Notes under the pieces: generated by a model | What the model was told of the DNA's origin: nothing | Database searches by the model: none | Seen by the model: the letters and a program-made list of their open reading frames with translations, nothing else | Shown: piece by piece, positions 1 to 11,477 of the stretch | Numbering within the stretch: position 1 is the stretch's first letter | Layout of the letters: each line of letters starts with the position of its first letter | Program-made: the position numbers and the translations under genes | Source: Entomortierella parvispora E1425 | Taxonomy: Eukaryota > Fungi > Mortierellomycota | Reading direction: 5' to 3' | NCBI GenBank assembly: GCA_020891255.1 | Contig: BQFW01000002.1 | Span: 558,001-622,000 of the forward strand | DNA: 64,000 nucleotides

Positions 1-63
1 GTTTATGGAGGCACAAGGAAGGACAGGGGATCTGAGATTTCATATCCTTTTCTCTTCATCTAG

Positions 64-481
64 GTGACAACTCTGAGAGTATCTTTCAAGAGCTGATCAA
101 GATCCGGAAAAAACAATTGGCTCTGGCGGCGAAACATATTGGGATCGAGACCATTGCGGACGAAGACAAGTCCTTGGCTCCCGATGGCAAACTCTTGGAT
201 GCCGCTGACAAGGATGAGATTGACCCCTTGCAGTTCGCGAGGAAGGGGCAGGAATTACAGGATTTGATGGCGAGTTTAGAAGACTTGGGACGATCCATGT
301 AAGTTTGCTCTTCCCCTTCTTAGCCCTAAAGAGATGTCTTCCCAGGTCGTCGAAATTGCGATATTGACTAGATAGCACTTTCCCGTGAAACATCTGTAGG
401 TCTGATTTCCACGAGCTGTCCAATTCTCTTAACAAGCAGCCATTCTCAGCGTCATATTTGTCAGGATCTTCCAGGAAATAG
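64..481 (+). CDS. 3' end of a spliced gene, coiled-coil protein, possibly CCDC28/DUF4061-like (5' part outside window)
   Basis: Acceptor ctag ends at 63. Exon 64-298 reads DNSESIFQELIKIRKKQLALAAKHIGIE...LQDLMASLEDLGRS. Donor GTAAGT at 299, acceptor tgtag at 399. Exon 400-481 continues in frame (M)SDFHELSNSLNKQPFSASYLSGSSRK, stop TAG 479-481. Family call rests on recalled resemblance only. Confidence 0.5.
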
Positions 482-618
482 TTCTACTCTTTTCTCTACA
501 TGCCATCTATACCCGCCGTCCTTGAGTCAGTCAGCTCTAGAAATGTGCCATCAATATCCCAGGAGTCAGACGGTCTAGTAAGAAGGGATCAGCCATTGTT
601 ATTATCTAGTCTATAGCT

Positions 619-2726
619 CTATAATGACAAAGATGAAGGGACGGCCATCAATGCAAGGTTCTCGAGCGAGGTCTCCTTGTCAACATAATAGACCAATTCT
701 GCATCGAATCCGTTTTCCTTAAGGTATCGCACGCGGCCAATATCCAACAGTCGTTTGCATTGAAGACCCAGCTTTTCACGTCCTTGGAAATCCAAAGTTG
801 GGATATGAGCGCTATCGTTCATACAAAAAAAACAAAAAAAGAAGTCAATGCAAGAAACCAAAAAAAGTGCATCAGAGCGTATAAATCTATAACAATGGCA
901 CGATTTTTTACCTGAGCTCGTCCAATTCCTTATCAGCGAGAACCTCATGTTCGTCGTCTCCCGCACCGGTGCTATTGCTCGAGTTGGTCGAGGCTTCTTG
1001 GGTATCAGAGGGAGTGGCTGGTCGACTCTCTGTGCGCTCTGCCTGCTTTGTCTGATTAACGCAAACACCCCAACTGCTCATGCGGGTCAAATAAACGAAC
1101 TCCTTGGCACTGATTCCAATCTCCTTCAAATACTCTTGGTTGGGGTACATGTAATGGTGGCAGAGTTGGTGGCAGCAAAGCGCAATGAGAATTCCCTTGA
1201 CGGGTGAATAGAGCTGAGAGTGTTTACGCTCGCTAAGTAGATGTTGAAAAGAGTCAAGCTGTTAGCGATGCCCACAAAGGGGAGTATCGAGGAATGCAGA
1301 TCGAGTACATCCTTGACACTGAGCATACCTGTCTTGGTAGTTGGCTAGGCACTTCAAAGTGATGTCAGTGGCGCCTCCACAGAGATGCTTTGAGACCGCC
1401 ACAACTGGCTTTTTGGCCACATATTCCTGGTCCTTGGCTGACTCGGCTGCTTGTCCTTCGGTAATCTCTTCGGCTACGGCCTCATTCTTTGGGATCTCTC
1501 TCTGGGTCGCTGTGACATCCTGTCGAATTTCTGGTACCTGGGACAGATCTAAGTCCTTGATATCCATGGTATGTCGTTTGACCAAGGATTTGATCTCTTC
1601 CAAACCCAAAAGCGCACTGTCGAATTTGTTCCGGGGTGGGGTCCGGTCTACGAGGACAAACGTGTGCGTTCCATGATCGTCCACAGCAACCTTCAAGTAA
1701 TTTGAAAGTTCTCCTCTTCCTGCTCCAAACTCAACGAAACAAGTCGTTTTGTCGTCCAACATCTTTAGTCGCTCCATATGTCCAATAAGAGAAGCTTGCT
1801 GATGAGCATGCTTGATATTCTTGGTAACTTTCCTATCAAAAGGGAGCGGGCATTAGTAAGCGTTCCTAGTCCTTCTTGCTGATTTTTTTTTCAAAAGTAT
1901 AGGAGGGATCAAACGTACTTGCGTTCATCCAAGGCCGGATGGTCCAGAATCATGGTTTTGATCTCTGGGACATATTTGGCGTGGAGATCCTGAATCTTTT
2001 TAATAAGGGCCATAAGCTCCTCATCTGAAAGCGTGGATAAAACTTCGCTTCCTCCCTTGTAAGCCTCGTTTGCTGATGAAGTAGTCGATGCCTTTTCTGG
2101 TGCTGGAAGTGTGAGGTTAGCGTCCAACTTGAACTGCGCTGGGGCGTCTTTAGGTCTTGCGTTGCATTTGAACAGATGAGCCCTCAAGTCGTCGGCCCAA
2201 GCAGTACTAACAATGGATAAACATATGGCACACGTTATTATAAGTCCCGCTTTGTTGTCATTTGTCTAGAATTAACCGCTGTCATAGCGAAACCTACTGG
2301 CTTGGGTCGAATGGACATGGAATACGCTCCCTCAGTTGCTTGCTTTCAGCCGTCTGTCCTTCCTGTGCTTCAGTCTCGTTGACGGGATCGACTGTTTCAA
2401 ACATGGAGTGCTCGCCGCAGAACTTGTTTCCAATTTTGCACTGCAAGCTACAATACTTTCTCTTGCTGGGGAGAAGAAAGTGACATTGCCGAGGACGATC
2501 AGGAACAGGTGGTGGGGGAGCTAATGTCGAGGAAATGAATATCAATATTAGCCCTGCAGATCCGTGGCTCTTTTCTGGTCCAATCTCTCTGGCGGTCCTC
2601 GTTACCCTGAGTCTTTTGGCGCTTATTCTTATTCCTTGGGTGAAGAACAGGAGGTGTAAGGGTTCCTGCAAGAGCTTGCACCACTGGCTCTGGATCCTTG
2701 GTGATGGGCCGTTTTGAGTCGGACAT
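619..2726 (-). CDS. TRM13: tRNA:m4X methyltransferase TRM13 (multi-exon)
   Basis: N-terminal Zn knuckle CHFLLPSKRKYC...FCGEH and CHHC finger RIPCPFDP. SAM-binding FVEFGAGRGELS, VSKHLCGGATDITLKCL, C-terminal CKRLLDIGRVRYL...YYVDKETSLENLAL. ATG inferred at 2726 (MSDSKR), with first intron gtaacg...cattag restoring frame. Confidence 0.92.
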
Positions 2727-3189
2727 TGGTCGAGTGATGGGAGAATGCAGAGCAAAAAAAAAGCGATCTACTTGTTTTTTGCTGATTTTGGTGACTGTCA
2801 CTTGCATATTGGTGGCAAAACGAAAGCGCGCTGGATCCCACCCATGCTTTCGAGCATTGACATCGCCTGTGATGGTGGATGTGGATGGATGATGCATCCG
2901 GAACATTGTCACTACGAGAGGACCGCTTCTTGAGATACGCCATCGCAACCATGCACTCGTTGTAACAATGAGGGCAGTGACGATTTAAGGTGTGCCATGG
3001 ACACCGACGCGTGCTTTTTTTCCCTTTTTCCCTTTTTTTTTTTTTTTTTTTTTGAAGGTGGTCCGCCCATGAAAGCCTTTTTTTTCTTCCCACTTTCTTC
3101 TTCTTCTTCACTTTTCGCCCCCCGTTCGTTTCCACACCAAAACAATCGACCTTAAGAAGTAAGAACACATCGACTATTCTCACCCACCC

Positions 3190-4941
3190 ATGACCTTCTT
3201 CCTCTCCCCTGTCAGGGCCCTCAAGATGGCCGACATCTCACAGTCCGGAGTGGGTGCTTCCACGACTGTCGTCGCAACTTTCACCTCCGCTGCCACCGCC
3301 ACTTTCCAACACGCGAAAACAGGCAAGCTCGTGGCCCCCAGGGATTTTTACGCCGAAGCGTTTTGCTGTGGGCGGGAGCAGCGCCGGAACCAGTATCTGG
3401 CCGCAGACGACGACTTTGACTTTGACGAGCTAGTTCATAGACTTGCTTGCCGTGGGGCTGAAGTCCTCTGCAATAAAACCAAAATCGAAGAGGTTCCTGC
3501 AAAGATCCAAAGATTGGATGGTGGTGGTGGTGGTGATGATGATTTCTGTTCTGCGCGGGCCAAAATACCTAGTTTCCCCTCCACAGATCCCACTGCAACT
3601 ACCACTTTGCCTTTTGCTTTTTCTTGCTTGAACAGTACCTTCATGGCCGAAATCAACCAAACGAACGAATCCAGGGTGGGCCACACCAAATCAATCCAAG
3701 AAGATATTCGACGTTCTATAGCAGAAGTTCGTGAACTCTACCAGTTGCTCTGCGTGGGACATACATTTAACGCCGCCGTCCTTGCGTCCTGTGCATCTTC
3801 CCATCTGGCCACCATCATGTCGACGGTTATCGACATGATATCCGCGATAGTGACATCCGCGGCCATATTTTCCGCTGGACAAGATCAATTCCATACCGCC
3901 GGCCCTCTTCTTGTTTCCGGATCGGTCGCTTTCTCGACTGTAACAACCCTCATGAGAGCTCTGACGACTTGTGCGACGATCTCGAATGCAATACGGCCAT
4001 CTTTGTCGGGATATAGCCAGAGCACAGGGGCTTACTTGATGCCCTTGCACCTCTCTCAAGCAGAATCTCGGTCACCGCCACCCGGATCTCAAGCCCCGGC
4101 ATGTACTACAAGCCGCTCAAGCTCGCCCGCTACAGCTGTGAAGAAATCTCTCTCTCAAGAGATTTATGATCTTGTGGCACAATCTGTTCAGCCTCTCTCT
4201 CCAAGGAGACGCCACAATGTAAAAACTGTCCTACAACAGCTGGAAAAGACCATGCTCCATCTAACGGTTGAATTGGCAGGTGCTGATTCTCGTCTGTCGA
4301 AAACGGTTTCCGACCTCGTGCGCCTGATCCTCTCTTCAGCTATTTGGGCTGTCAGTTGGACTCATATTTCGCAGTCAAGTTCATACTTGTTTCTTCCAAA
4401 GTCTTTGGTGCCCTTTGACTTCCAATATTTCCGCCAATATGATCAATGGGGAACTCGGAATCTTGCTCATTTACTCAAAGTCGTTATGGTGGAAAGACCT
4501 AGGGCGGAGATAGTGACCTTGTTGCCACGAAGTTCAGCCTTGATTTACCATTGGATGGAGTGGTTTCGAGGAGTCTACGGTTATTGTTCGATTGAGAACA
4601 TGACACATCACTATGGCGAGTCCTGGGTTCTACCGGTCAAGGATTTGTACGATTGGAAAAAGAAATTGATCAACTCCGTGCTCTTGGAAATGTTGTTGGT
4701 TCAGGATGATCCTTCTTTTATCCAGAGAGGTCTATTCCGCGTCAACACAAGGGCGGAGAAGGCATTGGAAACAGTCCACAGACGAATCGAAATGGGCTAT
4801 GGAGGATCTATTGAGGATTATGTGAACGACCTGTACCCGTCTGGACATAGGATCCCACCCAGCTGGAATACGCCAGAGAAAGTGGCTTCTGCTCTTGCGG
4901 CCTCCATGGCTGCTAAGGACAGGAAACGAAAATCAATCTGA
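3190..4941 (+). CDS. Intronless hypothetical protein (583 aa; start may be at MADISQ), no recognised family
   Basis: Uninterrupted 1752-nt ORF that fills the gap between TRM13 and GID2. The C-terminal half is aromatic-rich and globular-looking and ends in a basic KDRKRKS tail. Confidence 0.7.
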   Translation: MTFFLSPVRALKMADISQSGVGASTTVVATFTSAATATFQHAKTGKLVAPRDFYAEAFCCGREQRRNQYLAADDDFDFDELVHRLACRGAEVLCNKTKIEEVPAKIQRLDGGGGGDDDFCSARAKIPSFPSTDPTATTTLPFAFSCLNSTFMAEINQTNESRVGHTKSIQEDIRRSIAEVRELYQLLCVGHTFNAAVLASCASSHLATIMSTVIDMISAIVTSAAIFSAGQDQFHTAGPLLVSGSVAFSTVTTLMRALTTCATISNAIRPSLSGYSQSTGAYLMPLHLSQAESRSPPPGSQAPACTTSRSSSPATAVKKSLSQEIYDLVAQSVQPLSPRRRHNVKTVLQQLEKTMLHLTVELAGADSRLSKTVSDLVRLILSSAIWAVSWTHISQSSSYLFLPKSLVPFDFQYFRQYDQWGTRNLAHLLKVVMVERPRAEIVTLLPRSSALIYHWMEWFRGVYGYCSIENMTHHYGESWVLPVKDLYDWKKKLINSVLLEMLLVQDDPSFIQRGLFRVNTRAEKALETVHRRIEMGYGGSIEDYVNDLYPSGHRIPPSWNTPEKVASALAASMAAKDRKRKSI

Positions 4942-5197
4942 AGAGGCACCTTCGTCTTTGATCTGACATAGAGTGAAGGGGCTTTGAGTTGGCGATTACT
5001 ATCTTTATGAACTGAACATCGCTGGCAATCAGCAACCATTCGCTGGAATAGAAGAAGGGGCAGAAGGTCGTCATGACACCGAGAAAGACAAAGCATTCGA
5101 TTTTTTTCATTTTTTTTTCAGTTTTTTTTTTTTTTATTGTTCAGAATATCATTGTAGTTTCTCCATATCTTCCAAGCTACAAGAGCCAATCCCTTCA

Positions 5198-7083
5198 TTA
5201 AAAGTACACATTCTTGGCATTCGATGCCGTTGATTCTGAGGGGCAATATGGGCACTTGAACCTATGACTGTTTCGGAAAAGTGTCGGCAGAGGAATGGTC
5301 AGTACACAAGTTCTCTTCATGAATGTCCACAAGATCAGCAACTTGAGCGGACAAAATGCACTGGACATACGTGGTGGAGTTTCTACTGAGCTTTTGCAAA
5401 CTCTCCTTGCAAATGACATGTCCGCAAGTCATCATCATGGGTGGATTCTCTTCAGTTGCTTGTTCTTTTGACACGGGACAAGTAAAGATTGAATGGAACT
5501 TTGTGTCGTCTGTCAAATTAATCTCAACCTACATGAACGGAACGTGGTCAGTCGACGAAAGATTGCGTTGAGTTTTGGACTGCCTGCCAATTGTCCAAAG
5601 TGAAGGCTTACCGGAAGCTCACTCTGTTGACTCCACTCTGTCTTTTTCGCCTTCATAATGGTAGCCATCTTAATCATAGTCGGCATTGCCTGGGTTCCCA
5701 CAGTAACACTACAACCATTCAAAAAACACAGGTTGTCAGTACAAAGCAAAACTCCGGCAGTATGACACAACCCAAGCCAACTATCGAGTACCTGACATAG
5801 AGTGGACTGTCGCAAGAGAGCCCGATTAGACTACAGAAGTCACGAGTGAAGGTGTGCTGGATGTCTGCGTTCGCGTTTGGAGCAAATAGGTCTGCGTAGG
5901 GGGATGTCTTGATGTGCCTCATATATATGATGCAGCACATGAGCCTCAAAATCTCTACAAAGGAGTAGCGCACACGTCAGGTGGAGTTCAGGCTGCAAAA
6001 AGAGAGGGAATGGATCGCTGTTCCAAGTAGTTACCTTGTGTGTGGCGTGTACCAAAGTAAGCAAAGTTCTGGCGTGCATAGGTGATGGCAGCCTGGGTCT
6101 CATTTGTTTCCAGAAGCTGCAAGTATCTTTGTCGATGAAGTTTGAATTCAAGAGTGCTCGATCTCTTTTCCAGTCCACTGCGATGTTTTGTTGCCCACCT
6201 AAATTTCACCAAGTAGTATGTTAGATGGTGCGTTCAAACACAGAGAAAAGTAAAAAGACAGAACTTACTTTAGCGCCGGTTCCAAGTTGTTCACTTTGAG
6301 CGCAGCTACAATGTCAAACATCTCCATGAACTGGTGGCGCATAGAATCAGGCACTGTCAGTCCTGCCTCCTATTGAACATCGTTTTGTAGATTTGAAAGA
6401 AAAAACGTCCAGTTTGAAAGATTAGTGAATAACGTTGGAACTTGTGGTCTCCAAAAAAAAAAGCGCGATGCCAGGCCGTGTAACATACTTTGGCAAACAG
6501 ATCTCCAATTTCAAAGTTTCCCTGCCTGATAAAATGGGTCGCTATCGTTGTCTTCAAGATATTCTCTTTGTTGTCAAACGCATGTGGATTGATTGCAGCC
6601 ATCATGTCTGCCGTGAATTTCTATTAAGATACAGTGCAAAAACATCATTCGCATTAGTGTCCTGGTCGATGATACCACACTGTGAATCAGCGCCACCTTA
6701 CAGTCCTTGATGACTGTCATTCATTGAGGGAAAGGATGTGATCACTTACCTTGTCAACAGCTTTGGAGTATTTTGTGATAGAACTCTGAAGATCCTTGTA
6801 TTCGTCAGATATGTCACTGGAGACGGACGCAATAGACCCAGTGAGACCCTCCAGTGATTTCGAAACTGTCGTGGGGTCTAAAATCAAAGAAAGAGGGGAC
6901 AGGAACGAAAGAATAAGTATCTGCAAGTTGGCAGCTGCGATGACATCCCTACGTTTTGTTACCTGCTCGAATCTTATCCTTGGCCTCGTTTACGATAGCA
7001 ATCAGCCGATCCAGAGGGTCATTAGTCTCCAGTTTTCGCTGCTTCTTGATGATTTTGTCATAGTCCTTTATGAATGACTCCAT
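5198..7083 (-). CDS. RMD5: GID/CTLH E3 ligase subunit Gid2/Rmd5 (RMND5), multi-exon
   Basis: LisH-like [37 protein letters not shown]...[31 protein letters not shown], degenerate [29 protein letters not shown]...FKCPYCP. ATG at 7083 (MESFIKDY). Confidence 0.93.
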
Positions 7084-7936
7084 TGCGGGGTGTAGACCAC
7101 GAGTATGGAATGGACGATTACGTGGACAGAGTTGAATGTAACAAAAAAGAGACAAGAGAGACCTGGGGCCGAATTGTGCGAGGGTAAGAGAGAGAAATGT
7201 GGAGAAAGGAATACAGCAGGTGTGAATGGAGTAGGGCAATTAAAGGGGGTGGACTGGTGCAGAGAAGGAACGAATGCTGACAAGCTTGGAGGACAAGAGA
7301 AAGGCATCGTTCTTGGGTGCATGCATTCAGAGACCAAGAATTTGGTTGAGTGGATGAATACACGTGACAAGTGCGCGTCTGCCGTGTACGTGCCTTGAAC
7401 GACTTGTTCATGGCGCTCTGTCTCTGCCCTTCTCTTGCTATCGCCGATGCAGAAGACTGACAGGAGCTCCCGTTCATGTTGTGTCCCTGGTGCTGTGGGC
7501 GTGGACACCGTCGCGTTGCTCTGTCTCCTCTGCCTCCACGCGCTCGCTGTTTGCGCGGAGTCGGAATGAAAGCTTGCAAGGCCAGTGCAAAACACTTAAA
7601 GTGGCCTCCACAACTCAGGATGGGACGCCAGCCATGGTTGGAAGCTGTAGCCAAAGAGGATCAAACCTCTTTGGTGCTGGTGAAAAAGGGTCATGGTGTC
7701 TTTATTGGAAGGAAAAAAGAAAGAAGTGCAGCTTCATTTTGAAAAAGGACTCGTTTGCCACCAATCCGGCCAGCCAGGGATTGAAGCAAACGGCATGAGC
7801 TCAGAAACTTTTTTTTTCTTCATTTCACTCAATTCAGTATTCTCTCTCTTTCATCTCTTTCAGCTTCTCTCCATCCCCTCTCTCCATCCCCCTCCCCATT
7901 CTCTACTGCCTCCATTCGCATTCGCATATCCCTGCA

Positions 7937-9559
7937 ATGTCCAGCCCAGATCCCATGGCGATCCCAGAGATCCTGGCATGCATTGCCAAATTCTTGACCC
8001 GGGGCCAGACCGCCACCTGCATGCGTGTCTGCAAGGCGTGGACACCCGAGTTTGAACGAGCCACATGGCGCTCGGTCGAATGCACCAACGATCCCCGCGC
8101 AGCATTGCCTCAACCTTCTCTCGAGCTGGTGAAGAGGAACGCCCACCAAATCCGACACCTGGTCTACAAGGTCTTCGAAGACGAATCCGTTCCAGCCTCA
8201 ATGCTACGCTGTCCCCACTTGGAGACCGTGCGCTTTGAAACCTACGATGGAGACCCGTGGGACGTCCTCGCAGAGATGATTGAAAACCTGCCGTCCCTCT
8301 ACAAGATTGTTATCCAAGACTGTGGCGCAACGTCGACCGTTTCGAAAAAGTTCCTCAGCGCTATAACGACGTGTCCAACACTTGTCGTCCTGGAAACGTC
8401 TGGAATCATGATCTACGAAGAAACTGAGCAATACCTCCGAGCCATCGCACCCCGCATGCGGCGCGTTGCCACTCAAGATGACTCGTTCCTTTTCTATCAG
8501 GCCCAATGGACAGATGATTTGTTGTTCTCAGAGCTGCGATACTTGGACCTGCGCGCCGCCATGTGTCTGGAAGGCGAGCTTGAATGGATCGTCCGGTGCC
8601 CAAATTTGATTTCGCTTGGTTGGGAGTCACCAGACATAGTGATGCCCATCAAGGAGTTTTGTAGCCGCGTCCCTGTCGCATGTCCCAATTTGACGTGTTT
8701 TGAGCTGCTCCTATCGATCTCTGATGGAGACATAGCCCTGATCCTGAATGCAATTCCACGGATTGAAAAGTTCACGGTGGCCAGGTCGAACTTTGGTCCT
8801 CAATCTATCGTCGCTCTTCGTCGCCATTTCCCAACACTCAAGGACTTCAACATCCAATACAACATGTCCGCGTCCAGCAAGATAGTTCAGGAAGTCTTAA
8901 GCTCGTGTCCGAATCTTTTGAGCCTCTGCGCTGATGAGATCGAGTACGAAGATCTCATCCAGCAGCCTTGGATTTGCCGTAGTCTTCGACTGCTGGATGT
9001 CGGATTTCGGGCGGGTGAGGCGAACGCTCATCAAAAGGAGGTCTATAGAAAGCTAGCAGAGCTTACAGAGCTGGAATGGTTGTCAATCGGGTCCCCAGAC
9101 CTTGAAATTGAGGGTGGTCAGATGGACCTGACTCTGGAAGCTGGACTAGACGCTCTAAAGACCTTGACAAAGTTGGAAAACTTTCATGGAAAGGGAGTTC
9201 TCGAAAGGGCTGTTGAAAACCAGGGCTATCAAACTGTGGGATGGATGCTGGAGAACTGGCCGCGACTCAAGACTCTGGAGGGCTACATCCCAGAATTTCA
9301 TCCGTCTTACGACCAAATCGCGAGTGCTCTGGAAGAAAGAGGGATCAAATATGTCGAGGACAATGATGATGAGGAGGAGGAAGAGTTTGATTCAGAATAC
9401 GACGAATATTTTGGCGAGGGCTTTGACGACTTTGACGAATTTGACGACTATGATAGTGATGATGGGTATATTCCTGGAAGGCCCTACAGGTTTGATTTCA
9501 GAGTCGATTTGGGCGGCCCTGATGATGATGATGATGAGGACGAATGGACAGATGAGTAG
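7937..9559 (+). CDS. F-box-like / RNI-like leucine-rich repeat protein with acidic tail, intronless
   Basis: N-terminal F-box-like IPEILACIAKFL...CMRVCKAW. Repeated CPxL..L motifs (RCPHLETV, TCPTLVVL, RCPNLISL, ACPNLTCF, SCPNLLSL). D/E-rich C-terminus. Confidence 0.85.
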   Translation: MSSPDPMAIPEILACIAKFLTRGQTATCMRVCKAWTPEFERATWRSVECTNDPRAALPQPSLELVKRNAHQIRHLVYKVFEDESVPASMLRCPHLETVRFETYDGDPWDVLAEMIENLPSLYKIVIQDCGATSTVSKKFLSAITTCPTLVVLETSGIMIYEETEQYLRAIAPRMRRVATQDDSFLFYQAQWTDDLLFSELRYLDLRAAMCLEGELEWIVRCPNLISLGWESPDIVMPIKEFCSRVPVACPNLTCFELLLSISDGDIALILNAIPRIEKFTVARSNFGPQSIVALRRHFPTLKDFNIQYNMSASSKIVQEVLSSCPNLLSLCADEIEYEDLIQQPWICRSLRLLDVGFRAGEANAHQKEVYRKLAELTELEWLSIGSPDLEIEGGQMDLTLEAGLDALKTLTKLENFHGKGVLERAVENQGYQTVGWMLENWPRLKTLEGYIPEFHPSYDQIASALEERGIKYVEDNDDEEEEEFDSEYDEYFGEGFDDFDEFDDYDSDDGYIPGRPYRFDFRVDLGGPDDDDDEDEWTDE

Positions 9560-9809
9560 TGAACAAAAATAAAAATGAAGGCTGCAAGAACACTCTCTCA
9601 GCTGTAACCTGCGATTTTGAGAGTCGATACTACAAGATCATTCTTCATTGCCCTTGCGTTTGCATTCTTATTTTGGAGGTCATATTTTAATTTATAAATG
9701 CCGTGAATGTAGGGTATTATACATGTGGTAGATGCATAGGGATATGTCATTAGGATGGGAGGCTACTGTACAAATGAAGATGTTGTGTTTTTCTGACATG
9801 GTTGTGGGA

Positions 9810-11477
9810 TTACTCCATAGGAGTAGGGCCAGCAGACTTGCGAAGCTTGTGTGCTCCGATCATCAAACTGGACAAGAGAGCCAAACCCATGAAGGGGATG
9901 CAGACATGGAAGGCGGACCGGAGAGCCATCATGTAGGCAGACAAGATCTTGGCCTCCATCTCGGCACCAAACGAAGGGGCCAAGTAAGAGTCAGAGATGA
10001 CCGTGGCCACATCAGCATTGATCGCAATCAGAGGAGCGAGGTTGTTCTTGACTCCGTTGTTGAAGACGGTGCCAGCAATGGCAACACCAAAGACAGATCC
10101 AACGGTGCGGAAGAAGGTTGCGTTGGCAGTGGCGACTGCAATATCCTTGGTAGCAACCGAAGATTGGATGGCGAGAACCGAGGTCTGCATGGAGAAACCG
10201 ATACCGAGACCAATGATGAACAAGAATCCAATTTCCATGCCACGGCCGGAATCGACATTAAGAAGAGACAAGAGACTGGTGCCGATGGTGGCCAGGGAGA
10301 GACCGATCCAGATGAAGGGGCGGTACTGACCCCACTTGGAGACCAAGAAGCCAGAGCCGATCGAGGCCATCAACAAGCCGACAATCAAAGGCAACAGCTC
10401 GAGACCGGCAGAAGTGGCGGTTTCCTGGCGGACAATCTGGAAGTACAAAGGCATGAAGAACATGATACTAAAGAAACCCATGCCCAAGAAGAAGCAGGTG
10501 GCAAAGACGGCGCAGTTGGTGCGGGTGGCAAAGAGGCGGAAGGGGATGATGGGCTCCGCAGCCTGCTTCCATTCCACGAGCAAGAACAAGCCCATGACAA
10601 CGATGCCGGCGCAGAACATGCCAATGACAATAGGAGAGTTCCAGGCGTAGGTCGAACCACCCCAGTTGAGAGGCAAGAGAATCAAGACCAGACCGCAGAT
10701 CAAAGCCAAGGCACCTAAAAAGTCAACACGGCCAATCTTTTCCTTGAACGAGCCCATGGCGTGGGGCAAGTGCAGGACTTTGATGACAGTGATCATGGTG
10801 ATGACGCCAATGGGCAGGTTGATGAAGAAGGCCCAGCGCCAAGTTGCCTTGTCGACAAAGACACCGCCAAGGAGAGGACCGATGACAGAAGAGAAACCAA
10901 AGACGGATCCAATGATACCCTGGTACTTGCCACGGTCGCGGAGGGAGACAAGATCGGTGATGATGATCATGACAGTGCTCATGATGCCGGCGGCACCCAC
11001 ACCAGCAACACCACGGGCAAGAATTATCCAGGTCATGTTTTGAGCAGCACCGCAAAGAGCAGAGCCGATCAAGAAGACAGTGATGGCAAACATGAAGGTC
11101 GCCTTGCGACCAAAGATATCACATCCCTTTCCGTACATGGGCTGGAAAGAGGTCGAGGTGAGGAGGTAGGCAGTGGTGACCCAAGGGATTTCGTCGAGGG
11201 CGTGGAAATCGTTGGCAATCTTGGTGGTGCAGACAGAGACGATGGTTTGATCCAGAGAAGACAAGAAGACTCCGAGCATGAGACCGACAAAGACGACCAT
11301 GAGTTCGCGGAAGGGGAGGGTGACGACTTCCTGATCCATGATCAGAGGAGGACCGGGGTCGAGTTGGCCATTTGTATTGGCAGTCTTGCTTGAGGCGATG
11401 GTGTCAGTGTCGAGGACGATGGCAGAGTCGTTATCGGCCTTTTCCATGACGACTGTGGTGCTGTCGGCAGAGGTCAT
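9810..11477 (-). CDS. MFS drug:H+ antiporter, 14-TMS DHA2 family, intronless
   Basis: FLSSLDQTIVS (motif D1), YGKGCDIFGRK (motif A), RGVAGVGAAG, RDRGKYQG, GPLLGGVF (motif C), WRWAFFINLPIG (motif H), DFLG, FFRTVGSVFG. The likely start is MTSADS at 11477 rather than the ORF-track start at 11579. Confidence 0.94.
   Translation of the reverse strand: MTSADSTTVVMEKADNDSAIVLDTDTIASSKTANTNGQLDPGPPLIMDQEVVTLPFRELMVVFVGLMLGVFLSSLDQTIVSVCTTKIANDFHALDEIPWVTTAYLLTSTSFQPMYGKGCDIFGRKATFMFAITVFLIGSALCGAAQNMTWIILARGVAGVGAAGIMSTVMIIITDLVSLRDRGKYQGIIGSVFGFSSVIGPLLGGVFVDKATWRWAFFINLPIGVITMITVIKVLHLPHAMGSFKEKIGRVDFLGALALICGLVLILLPLNWGGSTYAWNSPIVIGMFCAGIVVMGLFLLVEWKQAAEPIIPFRLFATRTNCAVFATCFFLGMGFFSIMFFMPLYFQIVRQETATSAGLELLPLIVGLLMASIGSGFLVSKWGQYRPFIWIGLSLATIGTSLLSLLNVDSGRGMEIGFLFIIGLGIGFSMQTSVLAIQSSVATKDIAVATANATFFRTVGSVFGVAIAGTVFNNGVKNNLAPLIAINADVATVISDSYLAPSFGAEMEAKILSAYMMALRSAFHVCIPFMGLALLSSLMIGAHKLRKSAGPTPME

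Noticed and set aside
9732-11393. Long plus-strand ORFs (328 and 210 aa) opposite the MFS gene
   Set aside because: Antisense shadows of a biased hydrophobic coding sequence.
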